Assembly (NCBI RefSeq): GCF_006345805.1
Contig: NC_043001.1
Coordinates: 91,946,001 to 92,010,000, forward strand
Reading direction: 5' to 3'
Origin: Octopus sinensis
Taxonomy: Eukaryota
Length of the DNA stretch: 64,000 bases
The position numbers and the translations under genes are program-made. Positions 26,103 to 39,694 of this stretch are shown in pieces. The notes beneath the pieces are model-generated. The model was not told the DNA's origin, did not search any database, and saw only the letters and a program-made list of their open reading frames with translations. How positions within the stretch are numbered: the first letter of the stretch is position 1; every line of letters starts with the position of its first letter.

Positions 26103-26448
26103 GGATCTTTACCTTTTGACCTACAGATTTAAAAAATAATTTTTTGTAACACACTTTCAAACTTCGGACACTGGTAGAATGTGTCATATGAACCATCTTT
26201 TACTCTTAGAATTTTTGAGAAAAACTTATATTTACGAAGTTAATTCACGTTAAGTTGTCCTATATCGGTAATTTCAACCAATCAATGACGTGTATTCAGT
26301 TGAATAAAATTACTGCCGTTGTTTGTCAACAAGAACTTCCGGTGGTTTATATGTGTTTTATATGACACATTCTACCAGTGTCCGAAGTTTGAAAGTGTTT
26401 AGTTACAAAAAATATTTTTTAAATCTGTAGGTCAAAAGGTAAAGATCC
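26103..26448. mobile_element. MITE with ~87-bp TIRs and 8-bp TSD (Merlin-like)
   Basis: GGATCTTTACCTTTTGACCTACAGATTT...GTGTCATAT occurs at both ends in inverted orientation. TSD ATATTTGG at 26095-26102 and 26449-26456. The superfamily is inferred from the GG termini and 8-bp TSD. Confidence 0.88.
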
Positions 26449-26554
26449 ATATTTGGTGACCGGTAAATTCCACCACGGAAAATTCCACCAGGTAAATTTC
26501 ACCGTAGGTAAATTCCACCACGGTATATTCCACCAAGGTAAAAATCACCAAAAA

Positions 26555-26629
<75 letters not shown>

Positions 26630-26859
26630 TATATGGTATTATATGGGTTACGATAATATGGAAATAAAAAAGAATGCATAAAAAATAATATCAATAATGT
26701 CAATGAATACAAAAAATAGGAGGGAGAAAAAAATAATTAAGGAACAACCACACAAAGAAATACACGGTGAATATTTTAAACACCCGAATGAGGAAGCAGT
26801 ATAAAAAAGAGACTCATTGAAATTTATAAAACAAAGCAAGTACTTAATGATAGATAAAA

Positions 26860-27666
26860 ATATTATATACTATTTACAAGGCAGAAACAACTATTATGGA
26901 AGAAAAAAAGGCATGCAGATATTGTAAGAAACAACGGAAATATCGAACATATGGCAATACAATGTGGAAAAATAACACGCAGGAAATATAAAGAGAGGCA
27001 CGATGATGTAACCGAGATAATCTTTGCGAACCTACTTCAGCAATATAACATCAAAAACGTAGAAAATCAGAAACGTGCAAATAGAAAAGGTAATAACAAC
27101 TGAAAAGGTTAAGATTTTGGTAGATAGCCCAGTAATAACACCAAACCATATAGAATACAATAAACTCGATATTACAATATTTGACCACGAAAGAAAAGAA
27201 ATAATAATTATCGAAATTGGAATAACATCGACAATAAACTGAACGAAGTCAAAATGACAAAAGTACAAAAGTATAATAGACTTGTTGAGGCGCAATGGCC
27301 CAGTGGTTAGGGCAGCGGACCTCGCGGTCGGATGATCGCGGTTTCGATTCCCAGACCGGGCGTTGTGTGTGTTTATTGAGCGAAAACACATAAAGCTCCA
27401 GGAGGTGGTGGTGACCCCTATTGTACTCTTTCGCCCTAACTTTCTCTCACTCTCTCTTCCTGTTTCTTGAGTAACGCTGCGATGGACTGGCGTCCCGTCC
27501 AGCTGGGGGGAACACGTACGCCACAGAAACCGGAAAACCGGGCCCATGAGCCTGGCTAGGCTTGAAAAGGGCGCATAAATAAAATAATAATAGACTTGCT
27601 AAAGAAATTAAACAGATGAATGGATATAAGGTTAAAATAATACCATTTATAATACCTTGGGATGGA
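26860..27666 (+). pseudogene. R4/Dong-like non-LTR fragment (CCHC and restriction-like endonuclease), interrupted by a SINE
   Basis: CRYC...EHMAIQC...YKERHDDV; NKLDITIFDHERKEIIIIEIGIT; KVQKYNRL|AKEIKQMNGYKVKIIPFIIPWDG. The frame is restored when the SINE is excised. Confidence 0.75.
27285..27586 (+). mobile_element. Chimeric SINE: family C head plus family D tail, with 12-bp TSD
   Basis: TSD ATAATAGACTTG at 27273-27284 and 27587-27598. After TTCCTGTTTC it switches to TTGAGTAACGCTGCGATGGACTGGCGTCCCGTCCAGCTGGGG. Confidence 0.9.
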
Positions 27667-27669
27667 TGG

Positions 27670-28135
27670 TCTCAAAGAGGAAAAAGAAAGACGAAATGTA
27701 CATTTGGTGCAGTGAAGTCTACAGGACAGTGCTTAAAATGGGAGGAATATGTAGTCAGTCGAAAATCACACGGAAAGAACTTTGGGCTTAGGAACCAGCA
27801 AGAACATCGTTTCTGATAAAGTCCACCTTCGACGTTTTTCCGTCACCGGTCAACTTAGTCCGAAGGAACATAAAAACGGCTGATGAATGTAAATGTGGAG
27901 AGAAAGCGATGATGATACATGTCCTGTCAAACTGCAGGCTGGCACTGGAGAGACATACATGGTCATAACCAAGTACTCGGTGTTATAAGGAGAAGATCGA
28001 AGAGTACAACTGTGGAGAGTATCCGAATGTGGAAAAGCGCGGAAGGATATACTTCCAGGAGGGAAAAGGACATAAGACCAGGTATTGACCCACGGTCTAG
28101 AGAAACTCACCACGGTGATTATTAGCGGGAGAAGC
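27670..28135 (+). pseudogene. Second, different REL-class (NeSL/R2-like) non-LTR fragment
   Basis: Broken frames give GQCLKWEEYVVSRK-ITRKELWA*EPARTSFLIKSTFDVFPSPVNLVRRNIKTADECKCGEKAMMIHVLSNCRLALERHTW-HNQVLGVI. Confidence 0.7.
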
Positions 28136-28303
28136 TTATATTGGAAGCCTGTCCACAGGTGGAATTTACCATGGTGGAATATACCATAGTGGAATTTACG
28201 TGGTGGAATTTTCCGTGGTGGAATTTACCTGGAACGGAATATTTTATGTATATATATGTGTGTATGTATGTATTTATGTATGAGTGCATGTATGGGTGTG
28301 CGC

Positions 28304-28350
<47 letters not shown>

Positions 28351-28509
28351 CACATGTATATGTGTATGTCTGTATATATGTTCATATGTACATATGCAAG
28401 TATGTATGTCTGTATGAATGTGAATATGTACGCTTGTTCGAATGGGTGCAAGTGTATGTATACATGCAAGTATGCAGATATGCATGCTTGTATGCATACT
28501 TGTATGTCC

Positions 28510-30830
28510 GCTGCCTGAGTAGTCCTGAATGCTGACTGGATAAAAGGCTCAATCGTGTCTGCCTGGCGATCATTGTCCGTAAAAAGTCATCGAAATTGAT
28601 TGATGTTTCTGAATTACACTGCTCTGAAAAAGTTGCCCAATACCAAGAAGCAGTTCAAGCGATCGGCCTAAACCACAGCGATGTTCCATGTGAAAGTTTT
28701 AGTTAACATCTCTATGAAGCTGGTTCTTCTACGCTGGGATTCATTGGACGTGGCACTTGACAAGATGCTATCTTGTTCTTTTCCAAGTCATAAGCGGTAT
28801 AAGCTAGAGGAAGATTTTAAAGAGTGCAGGGATAAGGATAAGTGAGAGTTGCGGGCAGCAAAGTAGGTTCGAAATCTCTGAACCATCAGTTGTACAAGAT
28901 GCTGACAAACGAGATTCGAAATCTCTGTACCATCAGCTGCACACAGTCTATAATTCACAATCCTTCGTCTTTGCACCTCTGCATATAACTACTGGTAAAG
29001 TGCTACAAACAAAAGTTGGACGAATTCAAGGTTACGTGGCGGCAGATTTTGACGATGTTTAGAACCGTGAGGCCGTAGTAAGTCTTCTTATCAAAAGGTT
29101 TGCATAGGCACTGGTGATCCACTAATTCGATGACATACCTTCTAATGATGAAATAACGGTTACCCTAAATTGTTGATTACTGGAAAAGCCCCTGGAAATG
29201 ATTGTATTGTTGCTGAACTGGTTCAGCAAGGTGAAAATGAGATACTGGGGCTTTTATCTTCCGCATTTCACAGTGTGGACGTGAGGCGAATCCTCACAAT
29301 AGTGGAGAGATGAAATTCTCATTTCTTTGTATAAGAAAGGACTCAAAAGCATATGTGATAACTACATGGGATATCCCTGTTGTCAGTTGTTGGCAAAATC
29401 TGTGCAAGTATACTTTTCAATTGGTTGCTGGACTATGTTGCATCAGACATTCTTCCTGAGCCACAATATAGGGCTCATTCAATCTGTTTATTACAACACG
29501 AAAGCATAGGTTTATGTCAACGGTGAACTAGAACCCATCTCAGTTGAATCTGGTGTTAAAGAAGGTGATCTTCTGACCACATTGTTCGCCCTCTTCTTTG
29601 CTGTTATCTTGCAAGCCTTTGCGTATAGCGATGCGGGTGTCTACACCATACAAGAAGAACGTGTTCTAACATCCGTCGTTTTACTGCAGTAACAAAAATT
29701 TTCATGCCTTTCATTTGTAATCTCCTTTACGCTAATGATTTCGAACTTGTAACTCACGCTGAGGAAGATCTGCAGCTCTTGATGGACTGTTTTCCGACCT
29801 CGTATAATGAGTTTGGCCTTACAGTCAGTCTATCAGTCTTCAGAATACCGTATTCATGCTACAAACAGCACCAGACCAGCCACATATCTCACCTTTGATA
29901 TGAGTCAAGAGTAAAGTGTTATAAGTGTTAGATAAGTTAGTTTATCTTGGTAGCACACTATCTAGATTTAGTACACTTGGTGAGAAGGACAATTATAGAT
30001 TTTGTAGTGCCTGTGACATGTTTGGAAAGCTTGAATCGAGGCTCTTGTCGCACTCAGGCAGCAAAAGCAGCAACGGATGTTGAGGTCCATGAAGTATGTG
30101 TCTTAACAGCGTTGTTATTTGATCCAAAACCTGGACAATCAGCGGCAGGCATATCTAACGTCTCGAGCGATTTCACTAGCGATGCTTGTGTAATATCGCG
30201 ACGATCTCATGGTGATTTCATGTGCCTTATACGAGTATTACAGCTAGTGAAAATGAAATATATCGAGTCCATGATCATGAAACACCAGTTTACATGGTCT
30301 GGTCATATTGTTCGTTTAAAAGACACCTGCATGCCAAAACAAGTGCTATATAGTGAGCTGGGACAAGTAAAACGTTCACGCCGCAAGCCACTCAAGTGTT
30401 GATAACACCTAGGAAGATCTTGTATCAGATAGGAACTGTAGAAGTATTTGATTGGTACTTGAGGGAAAGAATTCGAGAACAACAGGATTACATATACTGA
30501 GTTGACCCATACTGATAAATATATGGAAGAAGTGGACCCTCTCTCTGAGAAGGATGCTAAAGAGTTTCTTTTGTGTGACCGGAGTGGTTATGTTTGATTT
30601 TCAAAGGCAGGCCTACTCAGCCACCTACGTAGTCACAGAAACTTCCCCGTCTTCCAATATGATACTCAGCACCTTGTGTAACCAAGTGTATAAGTTAGCT
30701 AGTGGACTCACGCGGCATTATATCCCAACGTTTTGATAGTCTGGCTACTACTGGAAAGATAACTTGAAATAAATTGCAAGTCCCTTGCAGGTTTTAAGAG
30801 CCATATGAGTTGTTATCAGCGACAAGGAAA
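28510..30830 (+). pseudogene. Degenerate RTE-clade LINE ORF2
   Basis: TGKAPGNDCIVAEL; EPISVESGVKEGDLLTTLFALFFAVIL; NLLYANDFELVTHAEEDLQ (YADD-like); [24 protein letters not shown]; C-terminal C2H2-like remnants. Confidence 0.8.
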
Positions 30831-30971
30831 CCAAAGGTAAAGTGTTTCTTAGAATGAAATGAATTTAAGAAGTGGTCTTACTCGGTCATGAGTCGGCATC
30901 CACAATGTATGTATGTACAGAACCACTAAGTGATAGGGATGTGAGAGCAGAGAAATATACAGACACGCGGG

Positions 30972-31003
<32 letters not shown>

Positions 31004-31099
31004 TGCGTATATTTGACGGATTTCTTTCAGTTTTCGTCTACAAAATCCTCCCACAAGACCCGCAGCCTAGGGCTATAGTAAAAGACACCAGCTGAATCC

Positions 31100-31400
31100 T
31101 AGAAGATCCTTATTTAATTACTACAAGTGTTAGTCTGTAATTTCCATTTAATATGTGTGAAAATTTTTGAATTTCAAAGAAGCAATCAATAATATTGACC
31201 TCCTTGAATATGGCGCACTTCTGCTGTGTTTTAAGAACAGATGTTTCTTCTATGTCCAATTGTATTGCAGCATATGTTCTGTCGTTTATTGATTGTATGT
31301 GCGTTTGTATATGTATTTTTGGTTGTGTGCCTGTATTGAAATTGTAAAGCCGTGGACTGATATCCATAATAATTCTATCATTGTTGTCTGGTTGTCTCTG
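31100..31400 (-). pseudogene. Possible Penelope-like RT remnant
   Basis: IQSINDRTYAAIQLDIEE resembles the Penelope-type motif F.QFDIE.FYPSI. This is a weak, by-eye match only. Confidence 0.25.
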
Positions 31401-31926
31401 TTTCTCACAGTTGTTGTAGTTGTTCTTGCCATTGCCGTCCTGATGTTGTAATCATTATCGTTGTTGTTATTGTTGTTGTTGTTTCATTATTTTTATTTTG
31501 ATGTGAAGAATCGTTTAGGCGTGTTCATTACATACTGGTTTTCACTCTGAGTAACACAGAAACCTTTCTATCTCCGATGGAATGAGGAAGTCCTTTTAGT
31601 TTTTGAAGTAGGATCCATTTTCATGTGTTATTATTTTACAATTTGAAATGGCGAATTTGAAATCATTAAAAATATCACAGATGGGTGATGAAAAACTTAT
31701 GACAAAGCAACAAATAATAAAACTAAAGCTGATATGAAGTATGACCTGTATGCGTTTATAGGCAATAAGACCTCAAACTAGGACCCCCCCACCCACCCCC
31801 CCACACATGCACGCACGCCCCCCCCCCCACACACAGACTAGGGAGATAAGAAGGGGCGGTATGCGCAAGTATATAGTTGTGTATGTGGGTGTATGGATGC
31901 ACTCTTATGGCTTTGCGGATTATGTG

Positions 31927-32770
31927 AACATTGTTCGAAAATAATTGTTCGAAAGCAATTATTCGAAAAACATTTATTCGAATGGAAAATTGTATGAATG
32001 AAAATTATTCAAAGGGACAATTATACGAAATGTTAATAATTCTAATTTTTTAAAATTTTATTTAAACAAAAATGATAAACTTAAAAATCAAATACACAAA
32101 CATCTTTATTTCCACTGATAAAAAAAAAAAAACATATGAAGTTAAGTTATATGCTACGCCACGTAAATACTCAACAACTGAAGAATACTCGTTAACGGAT
32201 GCTTCTAATTTCTTGAGTCTTTCATTTGCGTCTCGATATGTTTTGGCGCTCTTGATATTTTGGCATCCTACTCTTATGTTCACTTAACTGCGAGGCAACA
32301 GTAGAAATTATATAAAGCAGGGAACCACGGGTTTCTTTAGCCTCTTGTTTTACTCTGTTCATATAGGTATGCACTTCGATGTTAACGGAATCACCAGAAT
32401 GACTATGTCCACGAGAAACTTTAACCACTTCATCACCATTAGTTATTGCACGGCATTTACAATGCAATGCAAACTTATTATATATTTTGGTTCCAATTTG
32501 CTTATCTTTTACAAATATGAAACCATCAGTTTTGAGTATGGGTTTGCCTTTTTCAGTAACAATATATCCGGCTATCTTTGAAGGGTATATAGATTCCAGG
32601 TAAATCAGCACAAGCAAAGTATTTTCTGTCCCTCATTTTCCGGTAATGTATCTGTCACTGGCGCATATTCAAATCAGCAAACAATTCAAACAATCGTCCA
32701 TTCGAATAATTTTCTTTCGATAAATTGCCAATTCGAAAAACTGTTTTTCGAATAATTGTTTTCGAAGTGA
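31927..32770 (-). mobile_element. Internally deleted MULE/Mutator-like transposon with 15-bp subrepeat TIRs
   Basis: Repeats of TTCGAAAACAATTAT type at about 31930-32030 and inverted at about 32690-32766. They enclose a FLYWCH-type fragment. Confidence 0.75.
32222..32617 (-). pseudogene. FLYWCH zinc-finger / N-terminal fragment of a MULE transposase
   Basis: TEKGKPILKTDGFIFVKDKQIGTKIY..CKCRAITNGDEVVKVSRGHSH. The WKC motif is deleted and there is no DDE domain. Confidence 0.7.
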
Positions 32771-33005
32771 TGCTATCGCTCACGTATTAACTGCTTTATT
32801 CCATCCAGTCAATTTTGAGCGCAATACCAACCTCAGTCTTTGGAAATGCTCCCTCCTCAGTTGCTATTTCATTTCCGTTTCCATTATCTTGTTGGTCTGT
32901 AGTACGCCAATGTATTTGTATCCTTCCGTTTCAATTTGCTTAATAAAGTCTCTCTTAGGTAATTCTATCCCGGCTAGGAATTGTAGTTGCCGCTATTTTA
33001 GGTAG

Positions 33006-33810
<805 letters not shown>

Positions 33811-33812
33811 AT

Positions 33813-34203
33813 TATTGAGTGAGAGAGCAGTGCATGCCATCAAAGTGACACTTGGGTAAAGTATACGAAGCCTATCATGGCTACTTGTCTGATAAGGGTA
33901 CACTAAGCACATGCATCGCAACCATATGTGCGCGACATGGTGATCTTATATCTAAATAAACAGCACATGACCCTGCAGGTGGGGCCCAGTTACAATTTTC
34001 TTCTGGTCTAGTAGCCCATCCCGCCCAAAAGGTCTCTGAGTAAGGGTTGTTTGAGGTTGTTTGAACGAAACACCCATGTTTCCAGAGGTGAATCCCTCTC
34101 AACACATGGCTATGATGCTCCCCCACTACTGCTGCACGTGATCAAAGATGCACATATCCTCAGCAACTAAAGGACATGCTCAACTGGTTAAGGTCAAACA
34201 ACT
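33813..34203. mobile_element. Unclassified ~390-bp segment between two R4/Dong-like elements
   Basis: Non-microsatellite sequence bounded by ATTATT and (TAT)n. It may be the 3' UTR of a third TAA-targeting element (inference). Confidence 0.4.
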
Positions 34204-34206
34204 GAC

Positions 34207-34275
<69 letters not shown>

Positions 34276-34277
<2 letters not shown>

Positions 34278-36125
34278 GTTTGACTTTTGTTTTACATTTG
34301 CACAAGCTGGCTCCAAGTCTCACCCAGAGACCCCAAGAGACAACAAGTTGGAAGTTCATGTTGGTGTTATGCCTAGGGCGCCATATATTTGGTTTGGTAC
34401 TTAGCATTGTACTAGTGAATGCCTAAAAAACCATACGAAAATTATGTTTGTTTTAAAACTTGAGATTACAAAGAAAGTATTTTGCGTAGGATATGAGCAG
34501 TTCCCATGAGCACTATCTTTTGAATTTTTGCCATTTTGGGGTTTCCTGGTATCTGAGTTAGGTAGCAATCAGCCCCTTTCGCTATCATTCCCAGGGTACC
34601 TATGACAACAGGTATTGTTTTAGTCTTCAGATTCCACATTTTGCTGATTTCTATTTCCAGATCTTTATATTTGCTCAGTTTCTGGTAGGTCTTGACAGAT
34701 ACGCTTATATCGATTGGAACAGTCATATCAATGAGACATGTTCTTTGTCTGAAGTCTTTTACTATGATGTCTGGCCTATTCGCGTCTATTTTTCTGTCAG
34801 TTTGAATGTTGAAGTTCCAGAGGAGTGAGATGAGGTCATTTTCAAGCACTGGAGGTGGTTTGTGTTCCCACCAGTTTTTATCATGGGGCAAGTCCAGGCT
34901 TCTGAAAATTACCCAGTGAATATATTGTGCAGCTCTATCATGCCTGTTGAGATACTCTGTAGGCGCAAGAAGACTGCATTTGGAGACAACATGATCAATG
35001 GTTTCATTTTGTTGTCGGCATACACGACATGTTGGGCTACTGCCGTTCTTTAATATGTTGGCCTGGTTGTTCCTTGTAGGTAGGCATTGCTCTTGAGCTG
35101 CTATGATAAACCCTTCTGTTTCAGATTTTAAGCCAGAGGCCATTAGCCATTGATGGGTCAGGGATTTGTCAACATCTGCATTATTCACTCTCTTTGGGTA
35201 TTTGCCATTGAAAGGTTTTTATTGCCATTTATTATTCAGAATATCTAAAGCAGCAGTTTTAGCACGGGTTTTCATGCGCTTAGCTAGCTTTTTCTGTGCT
35301 TGTTTCTTGTGTGTCTAATTCCGGAATTTGTTCACTTAGATATTCCTTTGCCTGTTTTGTTACTGAGTATGATGCTTTCTTGTTTTCATGTTTTGAGACA
35401 AGTTTTAACATCCAGTCCTCAGAGTTTTTCAGGTAGGTGTCTAGGCCAATTGTAGCAACCTTCATTGTTATTGCCAGTTGCAAAAGCCCACGGCCTCCCT
35501 CTGTTCTTGGTAGATAAAGTCGATCTATATCTGCTTTAGGGTGGTGCGTTCTATGCATTGACAACAGTTTTCGTATTTTTCTGTCAAGATTACATATTTC
35601 AGTAATTGACCAGTTAACAATATTGAAACTGTAAGTCACGACTGGTATGGCTAAAGCATTGATCGCTTCGATCCTGTTTCTTGCATTCAGCTCTGTCTTG
35701 AGTATTGCTCTTACTCTGCGATAACGTTCTCTCCTGATCCTTTCCTTCATCATTGAATGCCCTATTCCATCCCCTTCAATTACTCCTAGGTACTTGTCGC
35801 TCTCCGCTGGGTCTAACTCTTTTATGACATTCTGCTGGTCGACGTAAACGTTAGATGTTTCTGTCATTTTTTCTTTGATAAAAGTAGCTTTTGCACATTT
35901 ATCGAGGCCAAATTGCCTCCTGATGTCATCGCTGAATTGTTTAACAATCGTTAGTAAGCCCTTGAGTTGTTGGTCATTTTTTGGAAAGAGCTTTAAATCA
36001 TCCATGTAAATGAGATGATTTATATTTTTATCCATTTTATATCCGTACTGTGCGTCATTGAATAATTTTGAGAGAGGTATCAAGGCTAAACAAAAGCGGA
36101 GTGGTGATAGTGAGTTTATTATTAA
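34276..36125 (-). mobile_element. 5'-truncated R4/Dong-like non-LTR retrotransposon (RT, CCHC, REL) flanked by (TAA)n on both sides
   Basis: ORF 35280-36185 has YMDDLKLF and YKYLG-like DKYLG. ORF 34466-35188 has CRVC..DHVVSKC..RHD, RPDIIVKD, IDMTVP and KLSKYKDL. The two ORFs are separated by a frameshift. Confidence 0.9.
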
Positions 36126-36132
36126 TAGTGAG

Positions 36133-36272
<140 letters not shown>

Positions 36273-36309
36273 CGGTAGTGGTAGTAGTAGTAGTAGTAGT
36301 AGTAGTAGG

Positions 36310-36535
36310 TAAAGTCAGCGAGCTGGCGGAATCGTTAGCACGCCGGATAGAATTCTTAGCAGCGTTTCGTCCGGCTTTATGTTGGCAGTTGAAATTCTGC
36401 CGAGGTCGACTTTGCCTTCCATCCTTTCGGGATCGATGAAATAAGTACCATTTACGCACTGCAGTCGATGTAGTCGTGTTGCCCCCGCTCCTCAAATTTC
36501 AGCCCTTGTGCCTGTAGTAGAAAGGATTATTATTG
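36310..36535 (+). mobile_element. SINE family A2
   Basis: A-type head and body, then the tail CAAATTTCAGCCCTTGTGCCTGTAGTAGAAAGGATTATTATT. Confidence 0.85.
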
Positions 36536-36867
36536 AAAATGGCAAGAGTGGATGGTACCTCTCTCAGTGTAGACCAGTAAGTCGGAGAGAAGGAATTGGA
36601 GAGAGCACTTGCTCTTGATGTTCAGGGAAATCTTGAACTGTGGGGCTCCTCGATTATCCCCAAGAGGTCGTCCTGCATCAGGAGGGTCGATGAAATAATT
36701 ACCAGATGAGTTCGATGTAGTAGATTAGCCTACTCCTCCTAAAAATTGCAGGCCTTGTGATTATAGTAGAAAGGTTTGTTGTTGTTATTATTACGAAACT
36801 GATACCAGTGGAGGCAAGGATATAGCAGTTCACGCTAATGTAGGTGGTCTTTCATTTCTTTCGAGAT

Positions 36868-37809
36868 CAGGAATTCTCAACCGGGGTCCATATGGCCCCT
36901 GAGTGTCCATATAAGATTCTTGGGGATCCACGCAATTAAATAGCAAATTGGGGATCAACAATACTGTTTTAAAGGCCTCTGAAAGAATTTTGCTTTTGAT
37001 GTAAGTATTGGTATGTATTGCAAGTAACAGCTAGGTTTCTTTCTCTAATATTTTACATAGTTCAACCTACAGTAAATGTCTGAATAAGAAACTAGGAATT
37101 TTCGAAGTTTCTTATTTCTTTATTTCCCACAAGAGGCTAAACATAGAGGAGACAAACAAGGACAGACAAAGCGATCAAGTCGATTACATCTACCCCAGTG
37201 CGTAACTGGTACTTAATTTATTGACCCCGGAAGGATGAAAGGCAAAGTCGACCCCGCCGGAATTTGAACTCAGAACGTAAAGACAGACGAAATATCTATT
37301 TCTTAACTACCCACAAGAAGCTAAACACAGAGTGGACAAACAAGGACACACAAACGGATTAAGTCGATTATATCGACCCCAGTGCGTAACTGGTATTTGT
37401 TTAATCGACCCCGAAATGATGAAAGGCAAAGTCGACCTCGCCGGAATTTGAACTCCGAATGTAGCGGCAGACGAAATACCTGTTTCTTTACTACCCACAA
37501 GGGGCTAAACACAGAGGGGACAAAGAAGGACAGACAAACGGATCAAGTCGATTATATCGACCCCAGTGCGTAACTGGTACTTGTTTAATCGACCCCGAAA
37601 GGATGAAAGGCAAAGTCGACCTCGGCGGAATTTGAACTCAGAACGTAGCGGCAGCCGAAATACGGCTACGCATTTCGCCTGGCGTGCTAACGTTCCTGCC
37701 AGCTCGCCGCCGTGAATTTTCGAAGTTTGTATAAAACTAGTTTTTAAACTTCGAATGGCTATGGGGGTCCACCAGAATAAAATAATAATCAAATGGCTGA
37801 GAACCACTG
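36868..37809. mobile_element. Non-autonomous hAT (Charlie-like) element hosting a SINE trimer
   Basis: Termini CAGGAATTCTCAACC and GGCTGAGAACCACTG. The flanks TTCGAGAT and TCCTAGAC fit a decayed NTCTAGAN 8-bp TSD. Confidence 0.65.
37111..37713 (-). mobile_element. SINE family A1 trimer with a perfect 15-bp TSD
   Basis: One head and three bodies. TSD GAATTTTCGAAGTTT at 37096-37110 and 37714-37728. Confidence 0.93.
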
Positions 37810-38499
37810 TCCTAGACCTTTATACCTTTATACTTCTCCATAATCCCAAATATTTCTATCATACTCGTAAACATACAAACTAGAACACGCCACTCTATAA
37901 GCACACTGATTTTAACAGGAAGCAGTTACCTACACTCTCACATTATTTAAAGTTATGCAACTGCGCATGAATAAATTATGCAAATTACAGCAGAAAAGAA
38001 TAGCTCAACGTAACGCATTTATGTGAAAGAAACAACAAATTACAAACTGTTAAGTTTTCATGACCACTTACAAAAAAATACACAACCGTTTTACTCTAAA
38101 CATAACGCACACATATACACATATAAAAGCATTAATAACTACTTATCTTAAGCACACATATAAAAGCATCAATAACTATTTATCTTAAGCGTATTCGTAC
38201 GATAAATAGTCATTTATTTGACCTGTTGTTGGCATTAGTGGTGTAAGAAAAATAATATCCAAGACAAATAAGATTTGTGAATAACAACCAGAATGCATTG
38301 CGTTCTGTTACTTAATAAGTGAAAAATTGTATAGTAAATGCACAAACGAAAAATAGATCCTGAACAGCAATTAAAAATCATTTAGTAAATGCACAGACGA
38401 ATGGGAAACAGACACAGAAGGTCTCTAATTCCTAATCAGTTATCGATCAGAGGGTATGACGCATTTTCGTGCCTTTAACGATAAGATTGGTTCCCAGCT

Positions 38500-38765
38500 G
38501 GAGGCATCTGCAAGAGTTGCAGAGAATATTGGACAGAGAAAAACAAACACTACTTGGATATAAAAGTGGACATACGAAAATTAATAAATGTAATTCAAGA
38601 CGACGGACGAGGGACAAAGGTGAAATAAATAGAAAAACAAACAATATGCAGCCTTAAGGCCAGATGAAGACGGAGCATGGGTAACGCTTAGAGGGAAATC
38701 CTAACGGATTGGAACCCGAAGGACAACAGTCAACAAAACAGGCTGAAGTGGAGACTAGAGAATTT
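38500..38765 (+). pseudogene. Highly degenerate RTE-like ORF2 C-terminal remnant
   Basis: QRILDREKQTLLGY... and EILTDWNPKD...RLKWR resemble RTE C-terminal motifs. The match is weak. Confidence 0.3.
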
Positions 38766-39198
38766 GCGACCTCAATGACCGGTGTAAAAATGAGAGAACG
38801 AAAAAAAGGCTGACCACGGGTCACGTGTCAGCTCAGCTGCAGTCAGAGGGAGACACAGAGGGTAAAGGAGAAAGAGAGTGAGAGAGAGAGAGGGGTGGGA
38901 GAGAGGAAAAAACGGAGAGAGGGAGAGAAAGAGAGGGAGGAAAAAACGGAGCGCGAAAAGAAAGAAGAAAGGCAAGAAATAAAGGATTGCACGGATTTAT
39001 AAATAACCTACTGTGAATGAAAGGAAAGGTGCGTTGCGTTCCGTTAATTAATAAGAAAACGTATAGCAAATGTAGAAACGAAAACTGACACAGAATGGCA
39101 AGTTACACACACACACGCACACACACGTACACACACATATACATACATATATATATATATATGTATGTGTATGTGTGTGTATACACACGCAAACATAT

Positions 39199-39277
<79 letters not shown>

Positions 39278-39694
39278 GTAACCACACACACGCACATACA
39301 AACACGAATATACAAATATTAAAGACTATACGATGAAATACATAATGTTTTCGTAAGATTCGAACATGAAAATGCTAATCGCTGTTACATTTCGTCTTCT
39401 ACCACAATTCCTACATAAATACCAATGCAACGATGACTTTTGTTACATGTTTGACAGACGAATACCTCTTCAGCTATTGATGATCTATTATCAGCTAGCT
39501 TTGGTTTATGTAGCATTAACTACTTAACAAGACAAACTTTTAGAAGATGAACATAACCACGGGTTGAACATTTGAAGGGATTTGCAATATCCTTGGAGCT
39601 TTCTTTCCTTGTAACTCGTTTTAGTATTGTATGTTTGATGTGATTCGTCTCAAAATATTTGAATACTTGAATATGGATTGCTTCATTATAATAT

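Larger units (their letters stand above)
26101..28236. mobile_element. Non-autonomous TIR element with ~15-bp subrepeat TIRs (MULE-like) containing retroelement fragments
   Basis: GGTAAATTCCACCACGGAAAATTCCACCA is at 26462-26490 and inverted at 28201-28229. 8-bp TSD GAATATTT at 26093-26100 and 28237-28244, once the MITE is removed. Confidence 0.75.
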
